A stretch of DNA of 64,000 nucleotides from Marsupella aquatica. Lineage: Eukaryota; Plantae; Marchantiophyta. The translations under genes were made by a program, and so were the position numbers. Below are positions 51,776-64,000 of this stretch, one piece after another. The stretch spans positions 8,915,079 to 8,979,078 of the forward strand of contig OZ316898.1 of assembly GCA_973895155.1 (NCBI GenBank), in the 5' to 3' direction. Under the pieces are notes generated by a model, which did no database searches, was not told where the DNA came from, and was given only the letters and a program-made list of their open reading frames with translations. How positions within the stretch are numbered: the first letter of the stretch is position 1; each line of letters starts with the position of its first letter.

Positions 51776-54700
51776 CGAACAGCTTGGATTAAAATTATGC
51801 TTCATTCTATCCTTTCCTTAGCTTCTGGTAAACCCTAGATCAACTTAATGCTCCCCAGTTTTATTCGGGGCCATTATCTGCCCTCCCCAATGCATGTTGT
51901 TGGTTGTTAGCTCCACTTTGGTTTGTATTTTAGCCCCCTTCACTTTTTGCCATGCTCCATCTGTTGAAGGAGCTTAAGCCTTGGTGCTGCCCGCTTGTGA
52001 GGGTGAGCTTAAGATAGAGTGCTTACAAACTGATAAACTTGAACTTCATAGCAATAATCATGAGGTCCTCTTGCCATAAAACCATGAGTTTGCCAAAATA
52101 CAAACTGGGACACAAAGCAAGACTCTACCAAGGATGACTCTGTGAGCTAAAGTACCAGGCTCTGGTGGAACTCTTAGCTTTTGTGAACTTTGTTAGCTGG
52201 GGTGTCTCATTCTACAATTCATGTATACAAAGCATAGAGTTATTTTATTGGTTCTAGAATGAAACTTTTCATTCAAGTTTTTGGAAAAGATTAGGGTCTT
52301 TTTAAATCCAATTTTAAGAGTTATAAGAAATTATGAGACATTCTTAAGTACTTTTTTTAGAATACTCCAACAATATTTCAAAATGATTAGGGGAAGTAAG
52401 GAATAAATACACTTTCTTCTTACGTTTCAGGGTATCTGAGCCTTCAAAATATTGCACAAATATATGGGGGCCCCAACATGGTGAGACCCCCAAGTTTCTC
52501 AGTCATACAGCCATGACTCGGCCATGACTCGGCCATGACTCGACTGGAACAAAGTGCTGCCAAAAGGGCAGCTAGGACTCCGCAGGGAACAACTACTTGG
52601 CAGGACATAAACCGACTGAAAACTCTATCAGCCAAAGCTTTGATATTAAAAGAAACCAAAGGCTCATAAGAGGTTAGTTGACCAAGTTAATTAATGTTGA
52701 TGCTACTCAAAAAAAGCTTGCACATGACTGTACAACATCCGACAAACACAAACAATCATCAATATTTTTTTTGAGACCATTTCTTTTACGGGTTCAAAAT
52801 TGTGCTTAAATAGTCGTGATAAAGTTAAATTTTAGCAATGCTTTTGGCTCGCGTGCAATTGTATTAATTTTTATCACGGCTTACTTGCAGTCGGCTCAGT
52901 ATGGAGGACCTGATGTATGTTGAAAGTAACCATTCAGTGGGTGGGATTTGGATTTCTGTCATGGCGGAACCTTTAAATTATGCAAACCTTTGTTGTTCTG
53001 TTATGTGGGAACCTTTAAATTATGCAAACCTTTGTTTTTCCGTTCTCGTTGTATGCTCGAAGAAACTAAAAGTCGCTTTCAAATCGAAATCAAAGAGTGT
53101 GTATGCTTGTGAATTCCCTTCGTTCAAATTAAGTTTCAGTTGGCAGTAATTGGCGTCCAATTGTGGAACTTCACGGAGTGAGATCCAGAACGAGACTCAT
53201 CCATTCCGCAGACAGTAATAAAATTGAGCCACTGGGTTTCAAGTCTCTGAAACTTTTCAATCTACACAGTTTGTGGATTCAATTATGAAGTTGTGAAGAT
53301 TCTTTAGAACCTTTCTTCAATCTACACAATTTGTGGACCTCAAAAATGTTCACATGAAAAGAACCAAGTTCAAGTAGTTCACCAGTAACATGTAGCACAT
53401 TAGTCGGTCACAGTAATTGAGATTCACCAGAATTTAATATCAAATTTATGTTCTGAACACCACAGTAGGAACGTTGTCTGTCAAGATTTCATTAGGCCGT
53501 GAAGATTGACCGGTAACCTGATACCAAATAGACATGCTCCAATGAGTCAGCCAGGAATCGCAAACTGAAAATAGAAACAAGCTGGCTACTTTATAAAGAT
53601 TACATATGGAAGTTTATTATTTTCTAGACTCTTGAGTTGCGGGATTGTCATGATCAAAAGTCATCAATGAAGCTCACTGATTGCTATAATGATAGCCAGT
53701 CTTTAGGACCCAGAAGAGAAAGAGATTCTGAAGATGCAATCCCGCTTCCAAGCCGATCTTCTTTGATTTCCAGCACATAGATACGGAGATTGCTACATAG
53801 TTCACCCATATGCGTACACTTTTGATGTCTGCGGGGATCTCTATATGAAGTGCCCGGACATCACATGCATTCCTGTTTTCAAGGTTTCTTCTGTCTGTAG
53901 CCTCACAGAAATTTCCTAGCCTATCACCAAGTCTCCAATATAACTTCAAACAAAAAAGCACCACGAGTATGAGGCACAAAGTGACCTCTGTACTTTGAGC
54001 TTGCCCATTAGACAGGATAAACTTGTGAACTCAAAGTTAATGGAAGTCCCTCCTGGACACGCAAAGAACAGGAATTCAGATGGAACTTCTATTTAAACTA
54101 TGTGAGTTTACGGCTGACCTCGTTGACAGCTTGACAAGTGAGACTAGTTTAGCTAGCCTTCAACCAGCAAACAATAATCACCGAACCAACTATAACTAAA
54201 CGACCTATCGCTGAACGAGACATGACGAATTCATTGCTATCTCAGCTCTTGTCCTTTTAATGCGTCATATCAAAATAAGCACCTTTTACAGCAAATCATT
54301 AGAGAAAACTCTCAACTGAGAAATGTGGCCAGTATGACCATTAAACATTCTTGACATAGTTCTTTTGTATATAAGTACTCCCAAAAATGAGTGTCAGAAT
54401 CTGGAGCTCGCCATCCCCAATGCCCCCCTTCATCTTCTTGGTGGTCCTTTTGATCCTCCCAGAGTAGGTTTGCAGGTCTGTAAAGACCCTCAAAATGACT
54501 CTAAAAACAGGTATCTACATCATCGGAGTTCTCCACCTTGTCACACATTTTTTAAGTCTGTAGTATACCTCTTGCTGCCTCTTCCTGATACACAGAGTGA
54601 CCGATACTCGTACTTTCATTCTCTTTGACTTCCTGAGGTTCATCAATTCCAACTCCCTATCCAGATTGTGCAGTTTTGATGAGGTTGCCATCAGGACTCG

Positions 54701-57700
54701 GAAGCCTGTTCCTGCCCTCCTTAAAGACTGGCCTGCACTGAGCAATTTCCATCAAGTCTAGACTGAGCTAGACTCTTCCCATGCGCCATTGAGGTCCAGT
54801 CCGTAGTCACTGCCTAATGTTCGTACGCTTGTCAATTCACAACTTAGGGAAACCGGCTGCATGCAAGCTGGAGGAAGAATGCCTTCCTGGAACATCCTGT
54901 TCGTCCATGCCTTCCCATCTCCTTGCCAAAGACCTCCATCACTCCATTTTTTGTGCTCCAGCCAATTTATCAATGCATCTTTAATCTTGGAGATTTCAAA
55001 GGATTCCCGTGGTTGCACCTAGTGTGGCGTCGTTAGAAATATGGCAAATGATACTACTGTAAATGATCCATGCATGTTGACACTTTAGATTCACCTAATG
55101 GCGTGGATGAGCATCGATCTACTGAATTTTCTGTCCCCCATTCAGATCAGAAAAGGGTACTCCAGCCACTTTGTAATACTCTCTAAAACTTAGCTGATGA
55201 AGTGACGATCTTTCCCTTTGTGTACATAACAAAGAACCCTTGGAACGATATCTATGAGCAATAGCTATTGAAATCTATCGACCCAGGTCTCGTTCTTCAC
55301 ATTGTACAACAGAAAACCATCACTGAGCAAACTAGTAGTCAACTACCTCTCGCCATAAATGTACGCGGAGCTTCTTAGCGATTCATTAATCGTCGAAATA
55401 GGAGAGGGGCACAGCAGCTATTTGCTTCACCCCTCCCCGTCAGGGTACCGTGTGCCGTGGCTTATGAGAAAGGTCTTGTATCTTGGCGTCACAGGACCGG
55501 TCTGACTACTAGAGGCATCAAGGTGTCCACTTCGCGGCGTTTGGATTGGTAAAGGAACGTACGCGACTGCCAGTGGCAGTAGTAGGCCCATCGATCCGGT
55601 GGGATTGTCGCCATAGCCGGACCCTGTCCTATCCCCGTTCATGGGTGCATTGAAAGCTTTCAGTTTACAGAGGTAGTTTTTTTTTTTCTCGTGAGACGAA
55701 GAGATTCATCGAGAAGCTACCTTATGTCCTCTTCTTTTTGTTTTCCTGATTCTAAAAGAGACGTAGGGGTGACGTTGTTCCGGTTTCTTGGATAATTGCC
55801 TCTCATGGACGATTTCCTGGTGGTCCGCAATTCGAAAAATCGAGTTCACCGATTTCGGGAACAGGGGATGTCATTTGATGGTGTGCGCATCAAGCTAACT
55901 GCTGTTTAGGTTTTCTCCTTGATTATTTCCCGCACAAGATTTAGGATGTTGTCGAATCGTTGACTCCGCGATATTTCGTAACAGGGCTTATGTACAATGG
56001 CAGTACCGTGATCCAGACTCTTCTTGTATCCTCATGCACAAAGGTGTATTTCATTTGCGAATTTAGGGTAGAATCTTAGAATTCCGCTCGGAGACATTGT
56101 TATTCCATACCTCATAACCAGTCTAGTCCATGTTTAGGCAGTAGATTCATCCAGGTCTCCAAATCCTCGAAAAGCGGCTGAAGATACTGTTGTAATCTAC
56201 GATTCACGATTCAAGCAACTACCGAGATTGACATCGGAGAGGAATTTCGGTTCATTCACTGAGCCTTTGCTTGGGGTTATTGTCAATGCTAGCCGTGGAA
56301 TCCTCAGTTACTTCAGCGGTGTCCTGACTGGACTTGCAATTGGGAATCCAAGCGTCCCGATGACTTGCAAAAAGGCAACTTTCGGTTACAATTGTTAGCA
56401 TTCAACTAGATAATCATACAACTCTTGTAGTCTAAGTTGTAAGTCTCGCCTCTGTTTCGCATCTGCGATCAAATACACTTGCAAGATCAGTCACTCGGTA
56501 TCCTGGTCGGTTCAAACTAGAACACAATCTCCATTGTAACAGGGAATTTTTGTTGAGAGTTATTGTATTGCTCGGGCAAGCAGTTAAAGCAGTCAACTTT
56601 CTTGTCCATCCATGCTCTAACTTCTTTTCTTTATGAAACTTAATCGAATGACTCTTTCGAAGATTGTTGACGCTATTTTATCGACGAAACTACAGATATC
56701 TAGCCCAGTGTAAGTTCAGCATTGGGTTTTGAGCTCCACAAAAGGTGCTGACTGCAAAACCTTTTTTTGGCAAGTACTCCACAAAAGGTGCTAATGTTCC
56801 ACCTTTTATGGTGAGTAATGAGACATGGAATGAGTCTTTTATAGTGGCAGGTGTGGTTTAAGTGCTATCGACTGGGTGACCGATCCACAGCCTTTGAACA
56901 ATAGCACAGGTCGGTGACACCCTTCGCTTGAATCGCTGAAGGCGCCCCCTCCAGATTCTTGCCAGCCACCGTAGTTAGGAGATACGAAATTAGACAACAG
57001 GCCAAACAATATTCGAGAATTCATCCTAACTTTCCAGGTCCCTGACCACCAAACTTGAGGGTGACGCTGCTGAATTCCTCGCCACTTCTCTTCAACATCT
57101 AGTCTTTAGAAATCCAATTTCAGCGGACGACGCCCCGACAACGTGATTCTGGAATGGTCTGGTAGGTTTTTTCTTTCCTTAGAAGTCATTTTGCGACTTC
57201 TTTCGTAATCTCCCGAATGTAGGCAAGCAATCTGCTGTAAGCCTCTAGGCCCCTCAACTTTGCAGTAATCCATAATCCACCCACTTTGCTCCGAAACGGA
57301 AGCTTGCTGGTAGATCAACTAACCATATCCTCGAGGAATTCTCACCACGCAGCTTCGGAGGAGGACTAGAACCATCCAGTATCAGGAAAGCCTGGCCGGC
57401 CGATATTCTGCTACCTTGAGCTTTACGCTGTAAGCTCTGTATTGATTCTCCTTTATCTCGGGGATTCACGGCCAGATGCGGGTGAACAGTATGGGCAGTC
57501 TCTTAACTTGTGCTCTTTTGTGATAGCCGTGCCTCTATACTGCGAGCGTGCAATATACTCGGAAGGACGTACATACTAATCAGAGGAGGAAGCTTCGGAG
57601 TCAAGCAAACGCAACCTCCCTCGAAACACAGACACACGGCATAGGAAGGGACCCACCGCCCTCACTCGGACTATATAACCCCAACGCTCCGTGCCATCGC

Positions 57701-57941
57701 CTCAGTCTGCTAAGCAGTCTGGAATGTCCGCCTTTCAGAATTCTGTTTCCTTCGTTTAGGTACGAGCATACGCGCGGATCACTGGAACGCGCCAGCCTTA
57801 GTTTCGTTTCGTCAGTGGATTATACAGAACCACATCAGGAGCGGATTACCTGAACGCTTCAATCTACACAGCTTTGAGGAACGGCGGGAACCTCGAAACC
57901 ACTTAGATAAGTTTGCTCGCGATCAATTGAATAATCGCATC

Positions 57942-60900
57942 ATGGCGTACGTTCTGAAGGTCAGTTTCTTTCCCCTGCTATCGATTGCTTCACACTTCAC
58001 TTCGGGTCAGTTGGTAGCACCTGATATTGGTAGGAAAGGGCGGAAGTGAAGTTTTGTCATGTCGGAACCTTCGAATTCAGTTGTTTCGACCTCTGTTCTA
58101 TCTTCCTCGATCCGTATGTTCAGAAGTTAGTGTGCTTGTGAATTTTCCTTTGGTCATATCATGTTTCAGATGTGCGCGGTGCTTCAAGCCCAAGTTGGCA
58201 ATAGTTGGTGTGCCACGCAACTAAGAAATTCCGTGTCGTGAAATCCTGACATGCACTGATTAGCTATGACTTCGAATACTGAATGTTTTCCAATTTTGTT
58301 CGATTGCAGATCAAGTACGAGAACAATGTTCGTCGCCTAACTGTACAGAAGAATGAATTCGGGAGCGAATCGTTCACGTTCGCTCACCTTGAGGGGCGGA
58401 TTCGTGATCTCTTCCAGCTACCGGCCGCTGCTCCGTTGGCGGTGACGTACACCGACGAGGAGAACGATGTCGTCACCATGGGAAATGATCAGGACTTGAA
58501 GGATGCTCTCATTCAGCAGGGTCTCAATCCTCTACGAATTCATGTGACGCTCTCGAAAACAGAGAGCAATGATAAGGCAAACACCGGGGAGGCCTCAGAG
58601 TCGGATAGTACTGCCCTTGCTTTAAGCCGGGTGCTGCGGACGCTTTGTTCAACTCCAGATGCCGTCGGAGAGACTGCGAAGCACGCTTTTCAGCCTTACG
58701 AGGCATTGTTGGAAGGCATGAAATCCCCTGGCCAGATACCTTGTCTGCTGGAAAATCTGTTGCAGACACTTGCCGCACAATTCACATCTGCTGTGAAAAA
58801 TGGAGCCACCGTGGCTGCAGCAGCTGCTCCTACTGTTCCTGGTACTTCTGAGGTTGGTTCAGGTGCTGTTCCAGGCCTTCCAGCCATTCCAGCCCTTCCG
58901 GAGATTAGACAAGGACCTCAATTTTGCCCCTTCGTTGGTGGACCTCCTTCCATGTTCCATGCTCCCACCTCTGAGCATGACGGGTCCTTCACCGTCCATC
59001 ACGGTGTCACCTGCGACGTTTGTGGAGTTGCTCCAATTGTGGGGAATCGGTGGAAGTCGAAAGAGTGAGTCATTTAAATCTTTTGGCCAAGAAGCTTTTG
59101 AAATTTCTGTAGCGTTTTTCTTCCGTTGCAATTACTTCGTGGTCCTGATGAGAGAATTCTGATTGTTTCTAAATACATACATACGTTTAGAAATTTCGTT
59201 GTCAACGTGCCGAACATGGTCAATGAACAAAGGATCGATATGACATACACTTGATTCTTTTTAGACATTACTGCCCTATTCTTTGATTGTTTGCAACTGG
59301 TGACTTTGTCCGTGTTTGCCTCGGTGCAGTGAGTAGGATGATTAGGAAGTTGACGTACAGAACGCTGATGTTGCTACGCTTTCCTCGTGTTCACAGGAAG
59401 TTTGACTACGATCTCTGCCACACTTGTTACGAGAAACACGGGAGCGAGAATGACTACACCAAGATTGATCAACCCAAGTTCCGTCCACGCCATATGCATG
59501 GACCGGCCAGGATGGGACATCATTTCCATCCAATGGGAGGTGCATTCCCACATTCACTCCCCGTTCCTTCGTTCTTGCCCATGCATGGTCCGGGTCCTTT
59601 CCTTGGGGGCAGATCTTGTGGTGGGCGTGGACCCTCCGGCCCACCTGGGCGTCACCACTGCAGCCCCATGATGGGACCCTGCATGAGCGGGGCGGACAAG
59701 CTTTATGCTCGGTTTGTCTGCGATGTTACCGTTTTCGATGGAACTGAAGTTGCCCCTGGAACTCAATTCGTCAAGATCTGGCGTCTCCGAAACAGTGGCA
59801 CAATTCCATGGCCTGTCAACACCAGTCTCGTGTTTGTAGGAGGCGACGTGCTCGGTCTTCTGTCTACGGTACCGCTAGAAATTCCTGAGCAGGGTTTAGC
59901 ACCAGAAGGGGAGATGGAGATGTCGGTGGACATGGTAGCACCAGAGAAACCTGGCCGTTACGTCTCTCACTGGCGTCTGGCTTCCCCTGCTGGTCCCAAG
60001 TTTGGACAACGCTTGTCGGTTATTATCCAGGTACTTCCCACAGCTGCATTATAGAACAGTAGTAGATCGGAGACGCAATTGGGGCTAGATCAGCAAATAT
60101 GGAACTTGGAATTCTGCTGTGATGCTCCATCCTATTGATAGGAACTGAGTCGAGCTAAATCATGTGTTGAGTATTAGTTTGTAAACAGAGATGTTAACTG
60201 ACTTTGTTTCATCTGGGAATTCGCAGGTCGTACCTAAAGCAACTCTCGATGCGGTCGCTGTCGAATTGGACCCACATGGTTTTGGAGGCACTTCACAGGT
60301 TGCTCCTGACCAGGAACCCGAGTTCTTTGTAGCCAGTTCCTCTCAGACCCCTGCAGAGCCTGCCGGCGAAGGAGAGGTAGTGAACGCGCTGTCAGACCTG
60401 CTTATCTCATCTCGTGGGATCGTGGACGACGCCAGCAGCGCTCGATATGTTGGTGAGTCTGATCTTTTGAAGAGGGTGGAGGATGACCTTTCGAAGCTTT
60501 TGGAAGAAACGAACGAGGAGTCGCTCGAGAAGGATATCGCTTCAGCACAGAGCTCCTATGATGGGGGAGAATTAATCTCCCTGGTTGGCAATCCTGCTGT
60601 GGATGCTGCGATTACGCCTGGCAAAGTTACAGAAGTAGCAAGTGGAGAGAAAGAGGCGGTTCCCAATGTCTCTGAAACTTCTCCAGCAGTGGAGCAGAAG
60701 ATTACATACCCCGTGCTCGAGTTCACGGAAGAAAAGGTTCCCATCCCTTATCCAGTGGTCGATACTGGATTGACCGTCGAACCGGTCGTGGGAGAAGACT
60801 TGTCCACAACGAAGGCGTTACTTGCCAAGTTAGAGGCCATGGGTTTCACTGACTCCAAGCTCAATGCAGAGCTGTTGGAGAAAAATGAGTTCGACTTGCG

Positions 60901-61093
60901 CAAGACACTCGACGACTTGTGCGCTGCCGAAGAGTGGGATCCCATCCTCGAGGAATTGGAGGAGATGGGATTTTACGACACCGTCATGAACCGGCGTCTG
61001 ATGTTCAAGAACAATGGCAGTGTGAAGCGCGTGGTGAAAGAACTGGTGCAGATGTACAGAGACATCCAGGGAAAGCGTGAGAAGGTCGAGTAG
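57942..61093 (+). CDS. NBR1: NBR1 selective autophagy receptor (PB1-ZZ-NBR1/FW-UBA-AIM-UBA)
   Basis: Exons 57942-57959, 58310-59064, 59397-60030 and 60227-61093. PB1 (TYTDEENDVVTM), ZZ (CDVCGVAPIVGNRWKS..DYDLCHTC), FW domain (DVTVFDGTEVAPGTQFVKIWRLRNSG), AIM motif EEWDPI between two UBA domains (MGF). TATA-like CTATATAA at ~57671. Confidence 0.95.
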
Positions 61094-61481
61094 AGCGCGA
61101 GTTGATGTTATACGTCAGTGAGCCTACTCAGAGCCAATTCACGGTTGTCCCGAACTGGTTGTCGACGCATGTTATCGTACCATAAACTGCCATGCGATCG
61201 AGCTATTCGTTCGTCTGAAATTGGGTGTGTTGTTTGGACGTTGTTTTCGTTTTGCTAAGTCAATAAACGTGGCATTCGTTTCAGAGGAAAATCTTCGATC
61301 TCCACTGACACGAGTCTTCTTAATAAACCAGGCCTTGTACTCGGCACCACCGGGAAGGTTTCTAATCAGCGTGAACTAGACACGATAGGTGTGGATCGAG
61401 AACAGTCGATCATTGTACAGAATATTTTTTTAAAAAGTAAAAAGTGTTGTGGGAAACCTTTTGTACAGAAGATCTTGTTTA

Positions 61482-61635
61482 CAATTGGCTTGGATGAATG
61501 GAACGGATGAATACCTATGGCAATTGGCTTGGATGAATGGAATGAATGATCCAGCGCAGCATTTGTATTTGTTTTGTATTTGTACCTCATGGCAATTGCA
61601 ATTAGCTTTGGATGAATGGATTGAGTGAACCAGCG
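61482..61635. repeat. Short repeats CAATTGGCTTGGATGAATGGAA, three copies (third degenerate), downstream of NBR1
   Basis: Copies at ~61482, ~61521 and ~61599. Confidence 0.7.
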
Positions 61636-64000
61636 TGGTGTTAGTTGTGAATATTGGTATTGGATAAACTCGACTGTCCTACGATGGTCGAAAGTGGTAT
61701 GCTGGAAATCATCGAGTTCACTTCCAATTGTCTGAAGCTGGTGCAACTGGTGCCTGAAGTTGACGAGCGTGAGAGACCAATAAACTTTTCAGGATTGTTG
61801 AGAAAATCTAGCGACCTCGTGGTTGACTATGGGAAGAACCTTTTAACAAACGTTGGGAATTAGTTCTCTACATTCTGTGTGAAGGGAATCGTAGACAGTA
61901 GGTTGGCTTGATCACTTCGAAACGAAGTTAGGACGTTTGTAGAAAGCTCAATCCATTTGTAGATTGTGAATTCCACAGACAAAACACTGTCAAGTCCACA
62001 GTGTAATCTGAAGAACTTCAAAATGAACTATAATGCATGTATGGACAGGACCAGGATGGAGTCCCTCGCTATTCCCAACAATCTGTTGCCTGGAAAGTAT
62101 TTTTTTCCATACAGAAATTACTTAATATAGTGCAATATCTAGGGCAGGGGTTCTAGCCTGAACCCTGTTCCCCAGGGAGTTTGGCCATGGCCCCAGAACC
62201 TTTAATTGGCTTGGTGTTGAGGGAGTATGGGCTGTAATTGCAAGGGAGTTTGGCCATGGCCCCAAAACATTGATCTAAAAGGGTGCAGCTCTACTCGTCA
62301 AAAAGAGAGCTGCATCCTTTTGATTTGTTTTTTGTTTGGTTCGTGTGCCAGCTTTAAAGAGATCATATGGGTTAGCAGGTAACCCCAACCCTCCTTTTCA
62401 CATAACATTTTGAAATTTTGAGACTGGCTAGGCTGGCCAGGGGTTATGATTTGGAATCCTCTGTCCTATCCAGGCTGGATAAGAATTAAAACGCCACTAG
62501 CCAAGACAAAAATGTGGTTACAAAGTGTTCACCATTTTCAGTACTGTTTCCTAAAATTGTGGAGCAAAAGTCTCACGGTAGAGGTGAGGAATGTGAAAAA
62601 GTGAGAAGTTTTGGACACTACTCCTTTTATATGGCCAGTGGTGGTGGTTTAAGCAGGCTACCACCTAAAACTACATAGGAGAGAAGAAAGGAGGGGTTTA
62701 GAAATGATGGTCTCTCTTGGGTTTTCCATGGGCATCTCTACACTTATTTGGATTTTGTTGTACTTTTTCAGTCATGTCACCATGCCTCCTTTCTGAAAAA
62801 CACCTGAAGTTGGGGATTGTTTTCCAATAGCCAAAGCAGGCATGGCTGAGTGGTAGCTCACTTGAGTAGGGACTTATAGGTCTTGGGGTTCAAATAATCA
62901 ACTGGCTTCTGTTGCCTCCCTTTCCGTGGGGTTTCATGAACTTCCACTATAAGTAAAATTAAAATAAATAAATAAAATTGCAAGTTTTTTTAGTGCATTT
63001 TGGTCATCACTAAAAAATATATATATATATACAAGTGATTATCCATAACTGCAACTTATAGGCAAGATTGGAGAGTTTGTTGATAAGAGCAATCAACAAT
63101 TATATTGTAGACCGTCCTGGTTGTTTGAAAAGGGGGGAGGGGGACAAAAAACAAAAACAATTATATTGTAGTTAGATTAGATATACTTCTTCGGAGAAAG
63201 CCCCATACTGAAGGTTTTTGACTCCACTAGAAGCGGAGCTGGCAACTTTGGGTGCGCTGAGTATTGACAAGGTCTGGTAGATGTAAACCGTCCTGCAGAT
63301 ACTTAAATAATCCATTTCAACTCGAGCAGATAAGAGAAAGACCGTGTACCCATTACACAATGCATATTGTGCATAAGTGCATGTCAAGCCTTCGTTCCGG
63401 GAACCACACTTTTAAGCATGGTAGATGCTATTGTCTCTTTAACTTTAATGCTATCTCGGTGGTTAACAGACTTGACTCTGTTTAGACCGGTCTCACAGGG
63501 GTCTCACAGGCAGCTAACAAATATTTTAAGTCTAAACACTACAATATATGCAGATCCTCCCATTCTCCTCCATTGTGTGTTTTGTGATATATAGCATGTT
63601 CATCCTTGAACATGCCTCTTTGTTTGTCTTGTAGTGACATGCAATTCATTTTATGATAAAAGAAATAGGTACATGTAAAGTATATACCAAGAAATTAACA
63701 TCTCTTAATTAAGAGTGAATGACATAACACACAAAACCATAAGTACACATGCAAAGGAAAACACATTATAACCAAGAAAATACCAAGGTATTAAAGAGTT
63801 GTGCACACACAAGACAGATTTTCACTTGTTTTTTGGTAATGAGAATGAACTCAATTAAATCATAACTTTGTAAAGGAAATCACAAGGGGAACTTAGTACA
63901 CCAGATATGCACATTGTTCAAATTCATTTTTCACTCTCATGAGAAAATAAAAAGATTCAAAATGAAAGATTAAAACATTTATGAGGGGAGCCAAATACAT

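Noticed and set aside
54515-55018. Two adjacent minus-strand ORFs that look like a pseudogene
   Set aside because: No recognisable family motif, so I cannot support a call.
62277-62321. 16-bp-arm hairpin as a Helitron 3' end or terminator
   Set aside because: No CTRR terminus at the expected distance, and intrinsic terminators are not relevant to a plant nuclear locus.

Overview
Eukaryotic, intron-rich land-plant DNA; a bryophyte, probably a liverwort, is my inference. There are three host genes: the 3' part of a LIN/CERBERUS-like ARM+WD40 gene (<1-5266, +), a 4-exon XTH/GH16 gene (30657-32964, -) and the selective-autophagy receptor NBR1 (57942-61093, +). Ordinary TE debris lies between them: an internally deleted Copia element with a TSD, a solo LTR and two Mutator-like foldback MITEs. 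The standout is a ~12-15 kb, now pseudogenised DNA-transposon-like unit (core 11863-23550). On the minus strand it has a Sola-like DDD transposase preceded by three tandem Tnp1/DUF8039-like repeats. Divergently, on the plus strand, it has a large spliced cargo gene with a ParB/DGQHR-like motif, a bacterial-type N4C/N6A DNA methyltransferase-like SAM-binding region and an FCP1/NIF HAD phosphatase. About 19 copies of a 17-bp palindrome (CTCGAGA-N3-TCTCGAG) occur only inside this unit, mostly in its introns and UTRs. This suggests a transposon-encoded protein plus cognate binding sites, resembling ParB/parS or a VANC-type anti-silencing system. Domain calls are from motif recognition by eye, not database searches.
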